Notes under the pieces: generated by a model
What the model was told of the DNA's origin: nothing
The model's input: the letters and a program-made list of their open reading frames with translations, nothing else
Database searches by the model: none
Part shown: in pieces, positions 11,471-25,064 of the stretch
How the letters are laid out: every line of letters starts with the position of its first letter
Position numbering within the stretch: position 1 is the stretch's first letter
Made by a program: the position numbers and the translations under genes
Source: Sphyrna mokarran
Lineage: Eukaryota
NCBI GenBank assembly: GCA_024679065.1
Contig: JAGIQG010000012.1
Coordinates: forward strand, 53,382,001-53,446,000
Reading direction: 5' to 3'
DNA length: 64,000 nucleotides

Positions 11471-11785
11471 GTCGGAGAGATGAGAGCTCATGCTGCCGAA
11501 TGGACGGCCAATGTCACAGCAGATTTAAAAGAGACTCGTAGAAGATTGAGTGTGGAAATTTATGACAAGTTCCAAAGAGCTGCGTCCATTAAAAGGAAAT
11601 TGTCCTCAGAACTAGGAGGGCAGCAAATGCAAGAGTTAACTCCAGGCAAAAGAACATTGTCAGTTAATCTGGCTGATGAAAAAGATACTCTGCCAACATT
11701 GTCAAAAAATGGTAGCCTCTATCTTAATGGCTTAAGTTCTCAGTACGCCAGTGGAGAGATCTCAGTAATTGAAGCCATCAAGTAG
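11471..11785 (+). CDS. KCNK2: KCNK2 (TREK-1) final coding exon, cytoplasmic C-terminus
   Basis: Pyrimidine tract plus TTTAG acceptor ending at 11470, in frame with the previous exon. Reads [48 protein letters not shown]...LYLNGL...ISVIEAIK*. The [15 protein letters not shown] segment and short tail match TREK-1 rather than TREK-2 or TRAAK. Confidence 0.96.
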   Translation, partial: VGEMRAHAAEWTANVTADLKETRRRLSVEIYDKFQRAASIKRKLSSELGGQQMQELTPGKRTLSVNLADEKDTLPTLSKNGSLYLNGLSSQYASGEISVIEAIK

Positions 11786-12870
11786 CAAGCATGAACAGAG
11801 ATGAAATTAATTCATAGTATTCAAAGCCAAAAAAACCCAAACTTTTTTTGAAGAACAAAAGACAATATCCCTCAGAGAAGCCATTGCTGGATAAAATCAT
11901 CATTAAATTCACAAGGTCGCAAGATCATGCTGCTGTGAGAACATGTAGTTTGGAGTTCATTCACTTCAATTTATATTTGATCTGATTTCAATATTGATCT
12001 GTAACATTGCTTTATACCTACAGAAATTCTAATCAGTGCCTTAGCTCTTGGCAAACGCAGAACCTAACATTTATACCCTTTGCATGTCTGAATGGGTATT
12101 TTGGTTTAGTGTAAATTTCTACCCAAGGCTTGTATTGTTGTGATGATACCTGAAGGTGCCAGACTGAAGTTGAACACAAAGAACATCAAAACAATGCTTA
12201 TAACCTGAGTTTGGATACACTGCAGTTACAAGAATTGGAAAAAAAACATTCTTTGTTAAGAAGGACAAATATAATGTTCTTTCAGAATCTTGCAAGCCAA
12301 GATGTGAAAAGTTCAGAACAAGGTATGGGATTTGCAGGCCTCATGTTAAAATGGCTTAAGTGTGAGCATTGTTGAGAAACGTTACATTTGAAAAGCATTT
12401 GAAACACATTGTCACATATTTCAGCATTTTAACTAGAAAATGTATGCTGTAATATCATTTTTTCCTTACCATTCACAATGAAATCAAAATCCATCAACAT
12501 TTTGGCATATAGAATATGCCACTATACCCTATTAAATCATACCTGCTTGTATCTTAATTATATTCTCCTCTAAGTACGATCTTCACAGGCCATATATTGT
12601 ATATATGGCAAAGATAATTGTTAACGACAGGTGCAAAAAGGTTTCTGAGAACTCCTTTCCCAAACAAGGCACAGGATAATACCTTTAATTGAGGCTATTC
12701 CCATTACTATATATACAAATTGAATAAGCAAGTCATTGAATGTCTATTTTATTATTGAATGCACCATGATTTTCACCAATACTCCATTTCCCCCTTGGAA
12801 AGAGGGGAATGTTTTCACTGTACCCTTTCTGTTCTTTATTAAAAATTTCATGACTTTGTTACACATAGAA
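11786..12870 (+). other. KCNK2: KCNK2 3' UTR (minimum extent; end uncertain)
   Basis: Repeat-free AT-rich sequence after the stop; ATTAAA at 12531 and 12838 are candidate poly(A) signals. Confidence 0.5.
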
Positions 12871-13984
12871 TACAGAAGAAAACTTTCCCAAATAGTTTAA
12901 AGTTCAGCAAAATGTTGATGGAATTTTATGAGGGAGAGGGAAAGAAATGTCATTGTCTAAGAGATGATGATACAGGAAGGTTTTCTGCTCCTAATTTTAA
13001 CTCCCAGGAAGATTTGGCTTTGGGTTGGATGATTAGCAAAGATTTTTGAAACTTTAACTCTGTCTCTAACTCACAAATGTCAGCTTTTAATGGGGATGGG
13101 CCAGAGAACAGGTGATCCATTCACTCTCAGGAGCTGTGTCAATGAGTAATATCTTTTAGCATTGCTATGTGGCTGCATTTTAACATACATTTAATATTTT
13201 TATCCATTAAGAAAGCCAGGAGGTAAAAGAAGGTGCAGAGGTCCAAATCCATGGGTCCTCCTGTGCAGCACTGCTTGAGGGCCAATAAGAGGAGGTATAC
13301 TTCCTCCGGGCTCTTAAAACTAACCAATTTCCCTCCACATAAATAGACCAACCCTCACCTATTTCCATCATCTCCAACATCATCACCAGAATCTCCCCTA
13401 AAGCCACTATCGTCTTTGATATTGCTCCTGCAAGCTCCAGTCTTTTCCTGACAATTTTACTGCAATTTTCCTGATCCCCACAAGCTCCAACCACCCACCT
13501 AGAAAGTTAGCCCACCTCGCCCCCACTAACTACAATCTCTTCCCTTCCCTGGCCAACCATGATCTTTTGCTCCTGGCCACATTCCTTCTTAACCATGTTC
13601 TCTTCCCAACCCTAATAAACTTCCACCTGACCACAAATTCACACCACCTCCCCGACCCACCTCAAGCACAAGGTACACTTCATATATCTTTTACATACAT
13701 CCTGCCGTTAATGTCAGCAGGACCTGGAAAACTGCACCTCCCTGTTTCCTGTCCAATATTCCTGCCTTTCTCACCTGAATGGTCTGTCTGCCTATGAACG
13801 TCAAAACCTAAGGTTCTCCTCCCTGTTTTAGTATAATTAAGTTATTTAACTTCAAAAATGTTGAAAAGTATTGTATATTAGTAGGAATTTTGGAACACGT
13901 TTAAGTCATTAAGCCAGTTGGCTGTTTAGCCATTCTATCAGATCATGGCTAATCTATAACTTTCTATTTATTTTTTCTACATTT

Positions 13985-14309
13985 ATAGAATCATAGAATC
14001 CATACAGTGCATAAAGAGACCATTTGGCTTATTAAGCCTGTACTGACAAAAAACCCACCCAAGCCCTATTCTGATAACTCTATGAGTCTACCCTGCTAGT
14101 CCCCCTGACTCTAAGAGGCAATTTAGCAAGGCCAAACAGCCTAAACCGCACATCTTTGGAGTGTGGGAGGAAACCGAAGCATGCAGAGTAAACTCACACA
14201 GACATACAGAGGATGTGCAAAATTCACACAGTCACCTGAGGCCAGAATTGAATCTAGGTCTCTCCTGCAGTGAGGTAGCAGTGCTAACCACTGTGCCACC
14301 TAGCCGACC
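13985..14309 (-). mobile_element. HE1-like V-SINE (tail B)
   Basis: ATAGAATCATAGAATC tail and reverse-complement head GCAGTGCTAACCACTGTGCCACC. Confidence 0.85.
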
Positions 14310-14419
14310 TTAATATTCTTAATTAATAAAAACCTGACAATTTCAGTCTTAGAAACTTCAATTAACCCAGCATCCTATTAAGTTTTTGCTTCAGTTCACT
14401 TACTGAATTCACTCGCAGA

Positions 14420-15140
14420 ACAACAACACATCATTTTTATACAGCACCTCTAATGTCCCAAAGTGCGTCACAGAAGCAATACAAAATGAGATATGACACT
14501 GAGTCACATAAGGAGATCTTAGGTCAGGTGGCCAACCATTCACTCAAGGAGCTATGTTTTAGAGATAGCAACTGAAAGCACCAATTGTGGAGAAATCATA
14601 ATTGGAAATGCACAACAGCCCACAATTAGAGGAATGCAGATACTTAGAAGGATTGTGGGGCAGAAAGAGATCACAGAGACAGGAAAGGGCATTGTGGGAT
14701 TTGAAAACAAGGATAAAAATTTTAAAATCAAGGCATTGTTTGACTTGGAGCTGATGTTGATCAGCGAGCCCTGGGGTAAAAGAGAAATTGGACTTGCTAT
14801 GAGTTAAGCAAAGGTTTGGATCATCTCAAGTTTATGGCGGATAGAATATGAAAAACCACCCAGGACTAATAGAGTCTAGATGTAACAAAGATCAGGACTT
14901 GGCAGACAAGCTGAAATGGGGTAGAATCCAGTGATGCTATAGAGAAAGGTATAAGAAACCTTAGCGATGGCAAGAATATGAAGTTGAAAGCTTATCTCGG
15001 GATGAAATATAACATCAAAATTGCAAGCACACTGGGCTATGTTCAGACAGTTGCCAGGGAGAGCAGTGGAGCTGGTAGCAAGGAATGGAATTTGAAATTT
15101 GGACCAAAAATGAAGAGCAATTATTCATTGACAAGGCACT
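14420..15140 (-). mobile_element. L2 LINE 3' fragment
   Basis: L2-type tail (TTTATACAGCACCT) and GATTTGAAAACAAGGATAAAAATTTTAAA, the reverse of an FKI.ILVFKS-type motif. Confidence 0.65.
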
Positions 15141-15156
15141 CAACTGGTTTGGCCTA

Positions 15157-16095
15157 TTACCACACTTCTACTCCCACCTTTACCCTCCCTTCCAGAACCA
15201 TAATAGGGTCTCCCTTGTCTTCATTTTCCATCCCAACAACTTCCACATTCAAAGAATCATCCTCCGTCATTTCCATCAACTCCAACTGCCACTAAATCCA
15301 TTTCCCCTCACTCCATCTGTTAACATTCCAGAGGAATCGCCCTCTGGTCACTCCCCATTATGCCCAACTTCCCATTTCCTTCCCACAGTATTTTTCCTGG
15401 TAAGCGCAGAAGGTGTAACACTTACCCCTTTACCTTCTCCCTCCTCACCATTCAAGGCCCCAAACACTCCTTTCAGATGAAAAATTGTTTCACTCACACT
15501 TCTTTCAATTTGGTCTATTATATTCGCTATTCCCAATGCGATGTCAACTACATTGGTAAGACTAAACACCAACTGACTAGCTGCTTTGCAGAACACCTTT
15601 GTTCAGACTACAAGCATCACCCCAACCTTCCTGTTGCTTGCCATTTTAATTCAGCATCTTCTGTCATGCCCACATGTCTATCCATGGCCTGCTGCAATGC
15701 TCCAGTGAAGCTCAGCGGAAATTGGAGGAGCAGAATCTCATCTTCTGGTTGGACATGAGGCAGCCCTCAGGACTCAATGTTGAGTTTGACATCTTTAGAT
15801 TGTGACTTTTCTCCTCCATCTTAAACTTCCTTTCTATAAGTATCCCATGCATATATTGCCTCAATGTAACAACCCCAGCCAGCACCAGATCATTTGTCTT
15901 TTGTTCTTAAAATTGCTACATTTTGTTGCAATCTCTCACAGCTACACTTTAATGTTAACACATTGTCCCTCAATTAGTTCTGATGAAATGCCAAAAGGAG
16001 TCTAAATGTTTACTCTGCTTTCTCTGCTTAAGGATGTTGCCAATACCTTCTGTTCTTATTGCAAATTCCAGCATCCTGCAGTATTATGTTTATTT
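15157..16095 (+). mobile_element. Penelope-like element 3' fragment with GIY-YIG endonuclease remnant
   Basis: ORF 15360-15758 contains NLVYYIRYSQCDVNYIGKTKHQLTSCFAEHL (GIY-YIG); degenerate hammerhead start CTGATGAA at ~15980 and the family terminus at ~16060-16095. Confidence 0.85.
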
Positions 16096-16344
16096 TAGCA
16101 ATTGTTCATCGATTAGCTGACAAAGACTAAGCAATTGGCCTCTTATAGATCCAAGAATGATTACTTAAGTAATAGAATACTCTTTGGGTTCATTCCTGCT
16201 ACAACCACATTTGTCAGTGTGAAGCATGCTTTTAATTTCTACAGATGCTTAAATGCCAACTTGTATCTGGAGTTAGGGTCCAACCTAGCACTAAAGTAAT
16301 TTGACTGAGACTCACTAGAGAAGGGAGCCATAAATACAATTAAA

Positions 16345-16742
16345 TAAAGAAAGATTGGCACTTTACAATCCCAGGACATCCCAAAGCACTTCATAGCCAA
16401 TGAATTAATTTTTGAAAGTGTAGTCAATGCAATGCAGAAAATGTGACAGTCCCAATTTTCAGACAGCGAGCTGTCACAAGTATCAGTGTGATAATGGCTA
16501 GATAGTCTATTTTAGTGATGCTGACTGAGGGATAAATATTAGTCAGGACAGCAGGGATAACTCACCTGCTCTTATGCAAAATCGTGCCATGGGATGTTTT
16601 ATATCATAAGACAATAGGTCATGTGAAAGACAGCACTCTCTCAGTACTGACTGTAGGGCCAGTCTAAGTCACGTCTCTGGAGAGGTAAATGAATCAGCAA
16701 CCTTCTGACTCAGATGCAGGAGTAATACCAACTGAGCCACAC
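16345..16742 (-). mobile_element. DeuSINE (SacSINE1-like) with L2-type tail
   Basis: Reverse Deu domain TGAGGGATAAATATTAGTCAGGACAGCAGGGATAACTCACCTGCTCTT...GTGCCATGGGAT and tRNA-like head ending AACTGAGCCAC. Confidence 0.75.
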
Positions 16743-17645
16743 CACCATAACTAGCAAGTTGCATTTGTTCAACAAAACATGATCTAGCCGTAACTTTTCT
16801 GTCTATTTCTGCTTTAACATTTGTCTCCTGGATGAGAAGTCTTTAAATCAACCAACTTGTGATATTACTTTTTTTGGTGGCCATTTGCAAACTTTAATAT
16901 TCAGATCCTGAACCACAATGCAACAGAATTCCATCTGAGTCCATCTCAAAGTAAGAAGATGGAAGCTTTCATTCACTCCTTGTCAGCTTTTGAGATCACA
17001 AATAAAATAATTTTTATAAACATGAATTTAATTCTAAATGTTGTGAATCTACAGTACAATGTTAATGTATATATGACACATGAGGGAGCTTGTTTCCAGT
17101 TAATTCTCAGTCACTTGCATGATGCTGGACAAAGTGGCAAATGCAATTAGGATCATAGTTCATCAGCTCACAACTGAAGGAAGTGAAATGGAAATCAAGG
17201 CAACTGTTCAATATTTATCAAATATGCTGTTATACTGATTTTGCAACATATATGTTATGATAAATTCTTCATACTTAAAATTAAGAAAAGCAAATAATAG
17301 ATTCCTGAGGTCTAAAAATGTAGTAGCACTAGATTAGAAACTTATGTATTTATGTCTTTTAATTAACATTCATTTAATACATTCGCCTAGTTTTTGCAAA
17401 TGCCTGCGGGATGTGCGAAATTCAAATGTTGCATTTTGATATCATTGAATGATCCTAGTTAATATTTCATAATGGAGATTGTGATTCAGAAACGGAGGTT
17501 TTGTTTTTCCAAGATGATGCTGAACCTAGGTTCCTGTAAACTAAAGACAAAATAAAACTGGGATCAAAGTGTATAATTTAATAAAGTAATTTTACAGAGT
17601 CTGCTGCTTCTCGGTCTGAACTACGAAAATGTAACAAGAAGCAGT

Positions 17646-17918
17646 GGCGGCATGGCAGCAGAGTGGTCAGGGTTTGATATCCGGCTTGGGTCACTGTCTG
17701 TCTGAAGTTTGCACATTCTCCCTGTGTCTGTTGGGTTTCCTCCAGGTGCTCTGGTTTCCTCCCACAGTCTGAAGATGCGCAGGTTAGGTGAATTGGACAT
17801 GCTAAATTCTCTCACAGTGTACCCAAACAGATACTGGAGTGTGGCGAACAGGGGATATTCACAGTAATTTCATTGCAGTGTAAATGTAAGCCTACTTATG
17901 ACTAATAAATTAACTTTT
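17646..17918 (+). mobile_element. V-SINE, tail type A
   Basis: Same family as 488-801. Confidence 0.85.
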
Positions 17919-19486
17919 TTAAAAAAGAAAATTAAATGTGTCAAGAGTAATTACTTCACTTTTGCCTTGAATGCAAATTTGAAAAGTGAATTGGCAGGGT
18001 CATCTGAGATTAGTTACACAGTGACTGTGCAGAGTAAGTAAATCACATTGCTCATTGCTCTGATGTTTCGTATTAGCTGTACTGTTGACAAAGTTGGAAT
18101 TCATACTATCAACTTAGCTGTGCATATGCATAACTCCCAGCACAAAAAAAAAGCTTGCATTTATGTAGCAGCTTTAAAGGAGAAGATGCAGAGGCACCAT
18201 CAAAAAAGAAATGGTAGCTGAGCCAAAGGAGGAGATATTAACTGGGTAACCAAGGAAACACTCTGGAAGCTGAATCCTCCAGCTAAACTAATTATAGTTT
18301 TGCTCAGCCCTGGCTTAGACAATTGCCTTCTGTGAGCAGAGTATCTATCAGAGTGTTCTATCACCTCCTTGATATAAGGAAGAGAAGACACTGTGATTCA
18401 TGGCCTCATCAGTTAGAAGCACAATCATTAGCTTGAGATGACATTTAGAGAAAACCATTATGAATTTTGAAGTGTATTTGATAATTGCTTCAATATTTCT
18501 ATTCCAGAACATTTCAGTAATCAATTGGCAACTCTCTAACCAAACAGACTTTCACAAACTTGCAAAATGGCTTGGGAAATGTGCTGTGATAGAAAACAAA
18601 TGATTTGAATAGATTTGCAGTCAAGTATCTTTATAATACAAGATGATTAGGCACTATGTTGCCTACATTAAAAAGCGTATTGTTGGTCAACATTTCCTGG
18701 AATTGAACATGATTTTGCGATATAAACTTCAGCCATGTTAATTCATATTACGATGAACTTAAATGAGTTTATAAATTGTCCTCAAGTGACTTGTGCTGTA
18801 ATTGTCAGAGTACAGAATACAATAGCTACAAAGAGGCTTCCATCTGAAAATTTAACTAACTATAAGCATGAAATAAAATATTAAATAAATATTCTGTGAA
18901 TTAAACATTTTATTCTTTCATAAAAGGCAGAGTAATTACATGTGTAAAACTGGCAGAACCACCCAAAGTTAGCAATTTAAATGCCTTTGCCAGATGGTTT
19001 GCAGCCCAATGCAATTGTCCAGGAAAAGTTAACCATTCTGGACAATTGCCATGAAAACTTTTACATGGGAACTTCCAAAAGCACATCTTTGGTGTAATCT
19101 CAAAATCTGATGCTCAGGAGCCGAGAAATTATGACCCTCAGAATGTTTTGTTTTACATTGCTTTTGAGCTTTTTTTTGGTGTCCAAATGAGGCTTAACAA
19201 ATTACTTTAGTGAACACTTGAGTGACATAAAGCATAAAGATCCCCAATCTCTGCAAAACCAGCTGATCACAAAAAATAAGAGCTTAACAATTTGGACTTG
19301 ACATGCTAGAGGGGGGAGGAAACAATTGCTGAGGGTCCCAGTTCTTAATTGCAGTCCAACAACTTCTGCTGGAAATGCACGTGTGTTACAATTAGGATAA
19401 GGTCAAAGATAAACTCACGTGTTTATCTTTCACAAGTGCACTTAATGACTACATGGATCATTACCGTACAAATTTTCCTTAACAAG

Positions 19487-19792
19487 GCCAGGGACCTCAG
19501 TTTGATTCAAGCCTTGAGTGACTGTATGGGCTTTGCACCTTCTCCCCGTGTCTGCATGGGTTTCCTTCGGATACTCCGGTTTTCTCCCACACTCCAAAAA
19601 TGTGCAGGTGAGGTGGCTTGGCCATGCTAAACTGCCTCTTGGTGTCTGAAGACATGGATGTTGAGGAATTAATGGGATGAATGCTTGGGGTTATGGGGAC
19701 AGGAGAGGGCTGGGCCTGGCTAAAATGTTGGTCGAAGAGTCGGTGCAGACTCAGTGGATCAAATGATCTCATTCTGTACTATATGGATTCTA
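19487..19792 (+). mobile_element. HE1-like V-SINE (tail B), 5' clipped
   Basis: V domain and GGTGCAGACTC...GATTCTA tail. Confidence 0.8.
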
Positions 19793-20834
19793 ATTAAAGC
19801 TGCTGGAACTGGAATTGCTCAGGAGACAGAAAATTGATCCACCCACCTACAACAATGAACATAGCCTTCTCCACATATTTGCTATGTACCAATAAATAAC
19901 CTAACGTGTAGATTCAAATATTATGAGGAAATGTTTGCTTATTATTTTGCTTAATGTTTGCTTATTCTTTCTGATTATTTAACAGTATTGAGTATATGTA
20001 CTTGTGCATGCTTTTGATAAGATTTTTAATTTGTAATGGTACATGTTTCTGATTTCTTTGAAATCTACTTAGTAAGAAATCCAAGAGAGATTTTATATTA
20101 TTAGCCAAATATATAAGATCGGGAGACTTTAATCCCCAAGAGTACATTTTACAGCAAAATTTACAACTTCTATCTTTACAGTCCTAAAGGAGATTTGCAA
20201 AAACAAATAATTCAAGACACCAATTCCTTTACCAAGCCACAAAAATCAATCACAGAATGTGGCCTCACTGGAATGCGTGCCTTTATTATTCTGTCATTAT
20301 CTTTTGTTCAGATTTTTAAAATACATTTTCTCCAACTTTGTGAAAGCAGAAAATCAGTCTGTTTTCATCCTGCCACTCAGCTAGCCATCTATTGTAGAAA
20401 GAGTCTGGATTATATTTCCATTGATTTCAATGGAAGTTAGAGTTGGATAGTTTCCTTAAAGGGCACCCATTTTAGAGTGCTAGAATAATAGGAAAAAGTT
20501 GAAAAGGTACCTAATTACTCCTTGGTATGTTTCATCTGATGCTTTTTGCCCTCACACGAATAAGGGAATATCCAAAATCTGTGTTGTTCCTCTGAAATTA
20601 CGGAGCATCAAGACCCACAGCAGAGCATACATCTTATTCCCTAGTATCATGATGCAGTTGCTGCTCTGCCAGCCATCTCTGTCTGTTCTTGCTACTGGAT
20701 GAGCTGCAATAAGCAAAGGAGAACAACTTAGCTCAAATGCTAACCTTGTTTCTCTTATCACACCTGCAAAGGCAAACATCATACCTTCGTCAGCCTATGA
20801 TTTATAAAGACATCAGGTCATTATGAATAAAGAA

Positions 20835-21395
20835 GTTAGAACAATAGAAAAGTTACTGTGCAGAAGGAGGCCAATTTGGCCCATCTTGTCCATGTCATTA
20901 TGCAGACATCCAGATGCCCTTTCTAATCCCATTGTCCTGCATCCAGCCCATAGCCCTGTAGCTTACAGCACATAAGGTGCAGATCCAGGTACCCTTTTTT
21001 TAAAAGATTTTAGCGTCTCTGCTTTAACCACCAACTCAGATAGTGAATTCCAAATACATAGCACCTTTTGCATTAAAAAAGCTCTTTCCTATCTGTTCTC
21101 TACATTTATCATCCCTTATCTTGAATTTATATACTGTGGCTCTTGGTTTCTCCACAAGAGAAACAATTTTGTTTTGCCCACTCTATTTCTTTTCCTTATA
21201 ATTTTGGACGCCTCTATCAAATCATCCCTCAACCTTCTTTGTTACAGGGAAAATAACCCCCAGCCTATCCAATGTCTCCTCATAACTACACTTTTCTAGC
21301 CCTGGCAACAATTTTCTCTGTGTTCTTCCAGAACAATGATGGCCTTTCTGCAATATAGTGACCAGAACTGCAGACACTATTCCACTTGTGGCCCC
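20835..21395 (-). mobile_element. CR1 LINE 3' fragment
   Basis: Minus ORF LLPGLEKCSYEETLDRLG; tail AGAAGGAGGCCAATTTGGCCC. Confidence 0.8.
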
Positions 21396-21451
21396 TGTTA
21401 GCTTTAGCAGCCAGGGGATGATGGCCATTCATGTGTAGAAACAGTGGATTC

Positions 21452-21740
21452 AAAGTAAAGTTAAAATTTATTTATTAGTCACATGTACGCTTATATTAAA
21501 ACTGCAATGAGGTTACTGTGAAAATCCCCTAGACGCTACACTCCGGCACTTGTTCGGGTCACTGAGGGAGAATTTAGCATGGTCAATGCACCTAACCAAC
21601 AGTGGGAAGAAACCAGAGCACATGGAGGAAATACACACAGACATAGGGAGAACGTGCAAACTCCACGTAGAACAGTAACCCAAACCAGATCGCTAAAGCC
21701 GGTGAGGCAGCAGTGCTAACCACTATGCCATTGTGCTACC
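21452..21740 (-). mobile_element. V-SINE, tail type A
   Basis: Reverse complement of the 488-801 family. Confidence 0.85.
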
Positions 21741-21883
21741 AAAGTTCACACAGCTACCCTAGATGATTGAGCAGCTTTATTTAGAGTTGGCCTACTTGCC
21801 CTGTGCAGAGGATGTCCAATAATTGAAGATTAAAAGAAAAGCCTCATTTCAGCTCCTTACATTTCCTGACAAGTATGACTTCA

Positions 21884-23800
21884 CATACTGGAACGTCCCA
21901 CGGACAATTCCAGTCCTTAAAAGATGGGACTCATCAACTATGAGTAGACCCATAAGAATGTTGATTTTGAAACACTGAGTGAAACATAGTTTACAGGAAC
22001 TGCTTCATCCTGTGACTGAGACAATTGATGAACCCGAATGTTGATTCAAAAGTCTCAAGCCAGCATGCGTCCCAATAAATCCAGGTTTTACGATGTTCAT
22101 TAGCGACTTATGCTTCATACAATGTCCAACAAGTTAAAGGGGGAGATTCTTAGATGAATCTGCCTGACTGTTGACAAATGTACCAGAAAGTGATAAGGTA
22201 TTTACTTTAGGAGACTTTAGTGCATAAATTGCAAAAGACTTTGATTCATAGCCATCTGTACTTGGGTGTCATGATATTGAAGATATGAATTCAAATGGAG
22301 ACCTGTTATTTGATCTCTGCAGCAATCACAACTTAGTCATCATCAATACACTGTTTCCTATGAAGGACAGTTGAAAAGTGACATGGCAATACCCCCGTTC
22401 TACACACTGGCATCATATTAATATCATTATTGTCTGATGTTGGAATGTGAAGGATGTCCAGATCTCCAGATCTATATGGAACTGATCGTGCTTTGTGTTG
22501 CCTGTGTCCCATTTCATTCCAGTGGAAAAGAAAGCACAACATAAAGCCAGGGAAGGGTGCCAGATTTCTTTTCCTAAAGGACATTAATGAACCAGATGGG
22601 TTTTAACAACAGTCGATGATAGCTTTATGCTCACTATTACTGAGACTATCTTTCAATCCTAGATTTATTGACTCATTTCAAATTCCAACTTGGCATTTAA
22701 ACACATGCCTTCAGAGCACTAGTCTGGATTTCAGGATTAACTTGTCCAGTGGCGTTACTACTATTATGCCAGTTGTCCCGTTTTTAAAAAATCAGTTGCC
22801 CACCAAAGCTATTCCACATTGTGATATCTTTTCACTGTGAAAAAAAAGATCACCTACTATGGATCTGACTCATGTCCAATACTTTGATGGACTAACAGCT
22901 TTTTCTCCTGCTTTCCATTTTAAAAATTTCAGAAAAGGTGTTTTACTATTCAGATCAGATGGAAGATGTTTGAAAGAACAGTGCATTCCTGTTTGCTGAT
23001 GGTGTAGCTTTTATGGTACATTCAGCTGGAGATCTGTATTCAATTCGAAATGCCCTCTCAACAGCTGAAGAAGAACTTAGGGTCTCCAAAAGGCAGCAAC
23101 AAGAACTCAAGGTGGTTAGCCCAAAGCACATTACAAATAAACAACACTCAACTAAAAATTAAGATAATTTGTGCTGTCTAAAATCAACAGTCTGAAATGA
23201 AATGTAAGACATTAGCTCATATTGATAGTGTTGTTACAGTGCTTGGAAAGTTTCAGGAAAGACTCTGGGGAAAAGGTCCAAACTCACTATTGCCACATAG
23301 CTAAGAATCTGTAATGCCTACAGACTAAGTAGATTGCTGTATGGTGTGGAAAGCTGGAACTTATCTTATGTGTGTTGCTAGAGAAAGAATTTAAAATCCG
23401 TATGCACCATACTGTATCCAACCCAGAAATGCTGCAACTTTTGAACTCAAAGTGTCATGGTGCTGCTCAAGCGACTTCAGCTACAAAGGCTAGCACACAT
23501 CATTAGAATGGATAATGATTATCTATCAAATGGTGTACTGCATGGAAGGCTTGATGATGCCAGTAGAAACATTGGATGGCCAAAGCTAAGATTCAAGGAT
23601 TCATGCAAGTGAGACATCATTTCATGCCAAGTTGACTTCAATAACTGAGAACAGTCTGTAGATGAACAGACACTTGGTGCTGAAGTCTTCAAACTGCAGC
23701 ATAAAAATTTGAAGAACTACGTACCACAGAGAAGTAGCATTGTGGGAAGGAGCACGCAGCAGCAGCTCCCATATCAGTGAATGATGACTTACATGCCCCC
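21884..23800 (+). mobile_element. Highly decayed, internally deleted RTE-clade LINE
   Basis: Ordered remnants: WNV (21888), LSET, LGDF, TWQYPRSTHWH (APE endonuclease), LFADG (RT), LLYGVESW, HIIRMD...PKLRFKDSCK. Confidence 0.75.
22548..22775 (-). mobile_element. SlmI/Meta-like SINE inserted in the RTE relic
   Basis: CAGATTTCTTTTCCTAAAGGACATTAATGAACCAGATGGGTTTT shared with 9465-9795. Confidence 0.65.
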
Positions 23801-24129
23801 ACCTGTAACCAATGACGCCCTAAAACTTTAAATGCAGTCCTACCTGAAGACTTGAAACTACGCCCCAACATACATAACAGCACTTAGCACGGCACATGCA
23901 CAGTTGCTATGTGGGCCCAAACTGCAGCCAACACAAAATTTGGTCTCAGGACCTTGCAAATGAAGGTACTTGCCACAGACAGTTCCCCTAACAGTTGAAT
24001 CAAATTTTCGGCCCCCTGCCTCACAAGTAAGTTCTGAGGGAGGTAAGACAGCAGGTAAGGGGAACTTAGGGCAGATGGTGCTTGAAGAATTGTGTAGATG
24101 GGTTGCTAGGATGTTTGTGCTCTCTCCGA

Positions 24130-24355
24130 CACCTCAACTTTATACTTCTGCGTGTTTCTGATGAAGTGTCTGGGTATGTTGATTGCCTTCCTGAATGAAC
24201 CTTCTCCATTTTGGTTTGTTTCAAAGCAAGGTCCCCCATAGATCACTGGGACGTTTGACCTCTTCAGGAATATGTTAAGGACATCCCTAAAGCTTTCCCG
24301 TTGTCTTCCTGGGAGTCTGAGTTCTGAGTAGAGCATTTGCTCCAGGTGTCAGGCA
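24130..24355 (-). mobile_element. RTE LINE C-terminal fragment
   Basis: Minus ORF MLYSELRLPGRQRESFRDVL resembles the RTE LLYGEL..G.R..GR...RFKD.LK motif. Confidence 0.6.
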
Positions 24356-25064
24356 CACAAACGAAATAATACTTAAGCTGTAATTAAGTCTTACATAATT
24401 TCAACAAAAAAACTTTATTTTTGTATTCAATTCACTTAGGCTTAAAATGGTCATTATTTTGATGTTTATGGGAGTTTATAGTGTGACTGCTGCATTTCCT
24501 ACATTTTAACAGTTGATACTCTTCAAAAATGCTTCAGTGGACTTTGAAACATGTTATGCTTGTCAAAGGTGCTATTGATGCTCGTTTTTCCTTTTTTTCT
24601 TTTTAACCCAGAAACCCAATTGTTTTTGTTATAATATTTTCTATCCTCGTTCTGATCTTTGGAACTTTATATATCAGCAGCCTTGGATCTTTCTGTTGAG
24701 GATCCAAACATACATTTTATGATTCCTTTCAAAATTTTATTCTAACAGGTATTACATTACATTTCTCCACTTTCAAAGGTAATCTTTGCCATGCTTTCTG
24801 ATTTGGTATCAGCATCAAGCTTCAATTTTGTTCCTCTTTTGCTAACCATCAGAGCATTTATGCAATTAGAAAACAAAAAGAGATTGGAATCAACTCCTCA
24901 GCACACATCACTGCCCACATCCTACAATCCTAAAAGTATCAACTTGTCACTCACTCTTCACTTGTTCTCCATCAACACAGTTAAATTCCTATTAAAAACT
25001 CGCACTTACAATTTTTTGACAAGTTACTTATCAAACACTCTTTGAAAATGTGTATCCACAACTG

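Noticed and set aside
11480-11785. 101 aa ORF as a stand-alone gene
   Set aside because: The ATG is internal to the KCNK2 final exon, which starts at the acceptor at 11471.
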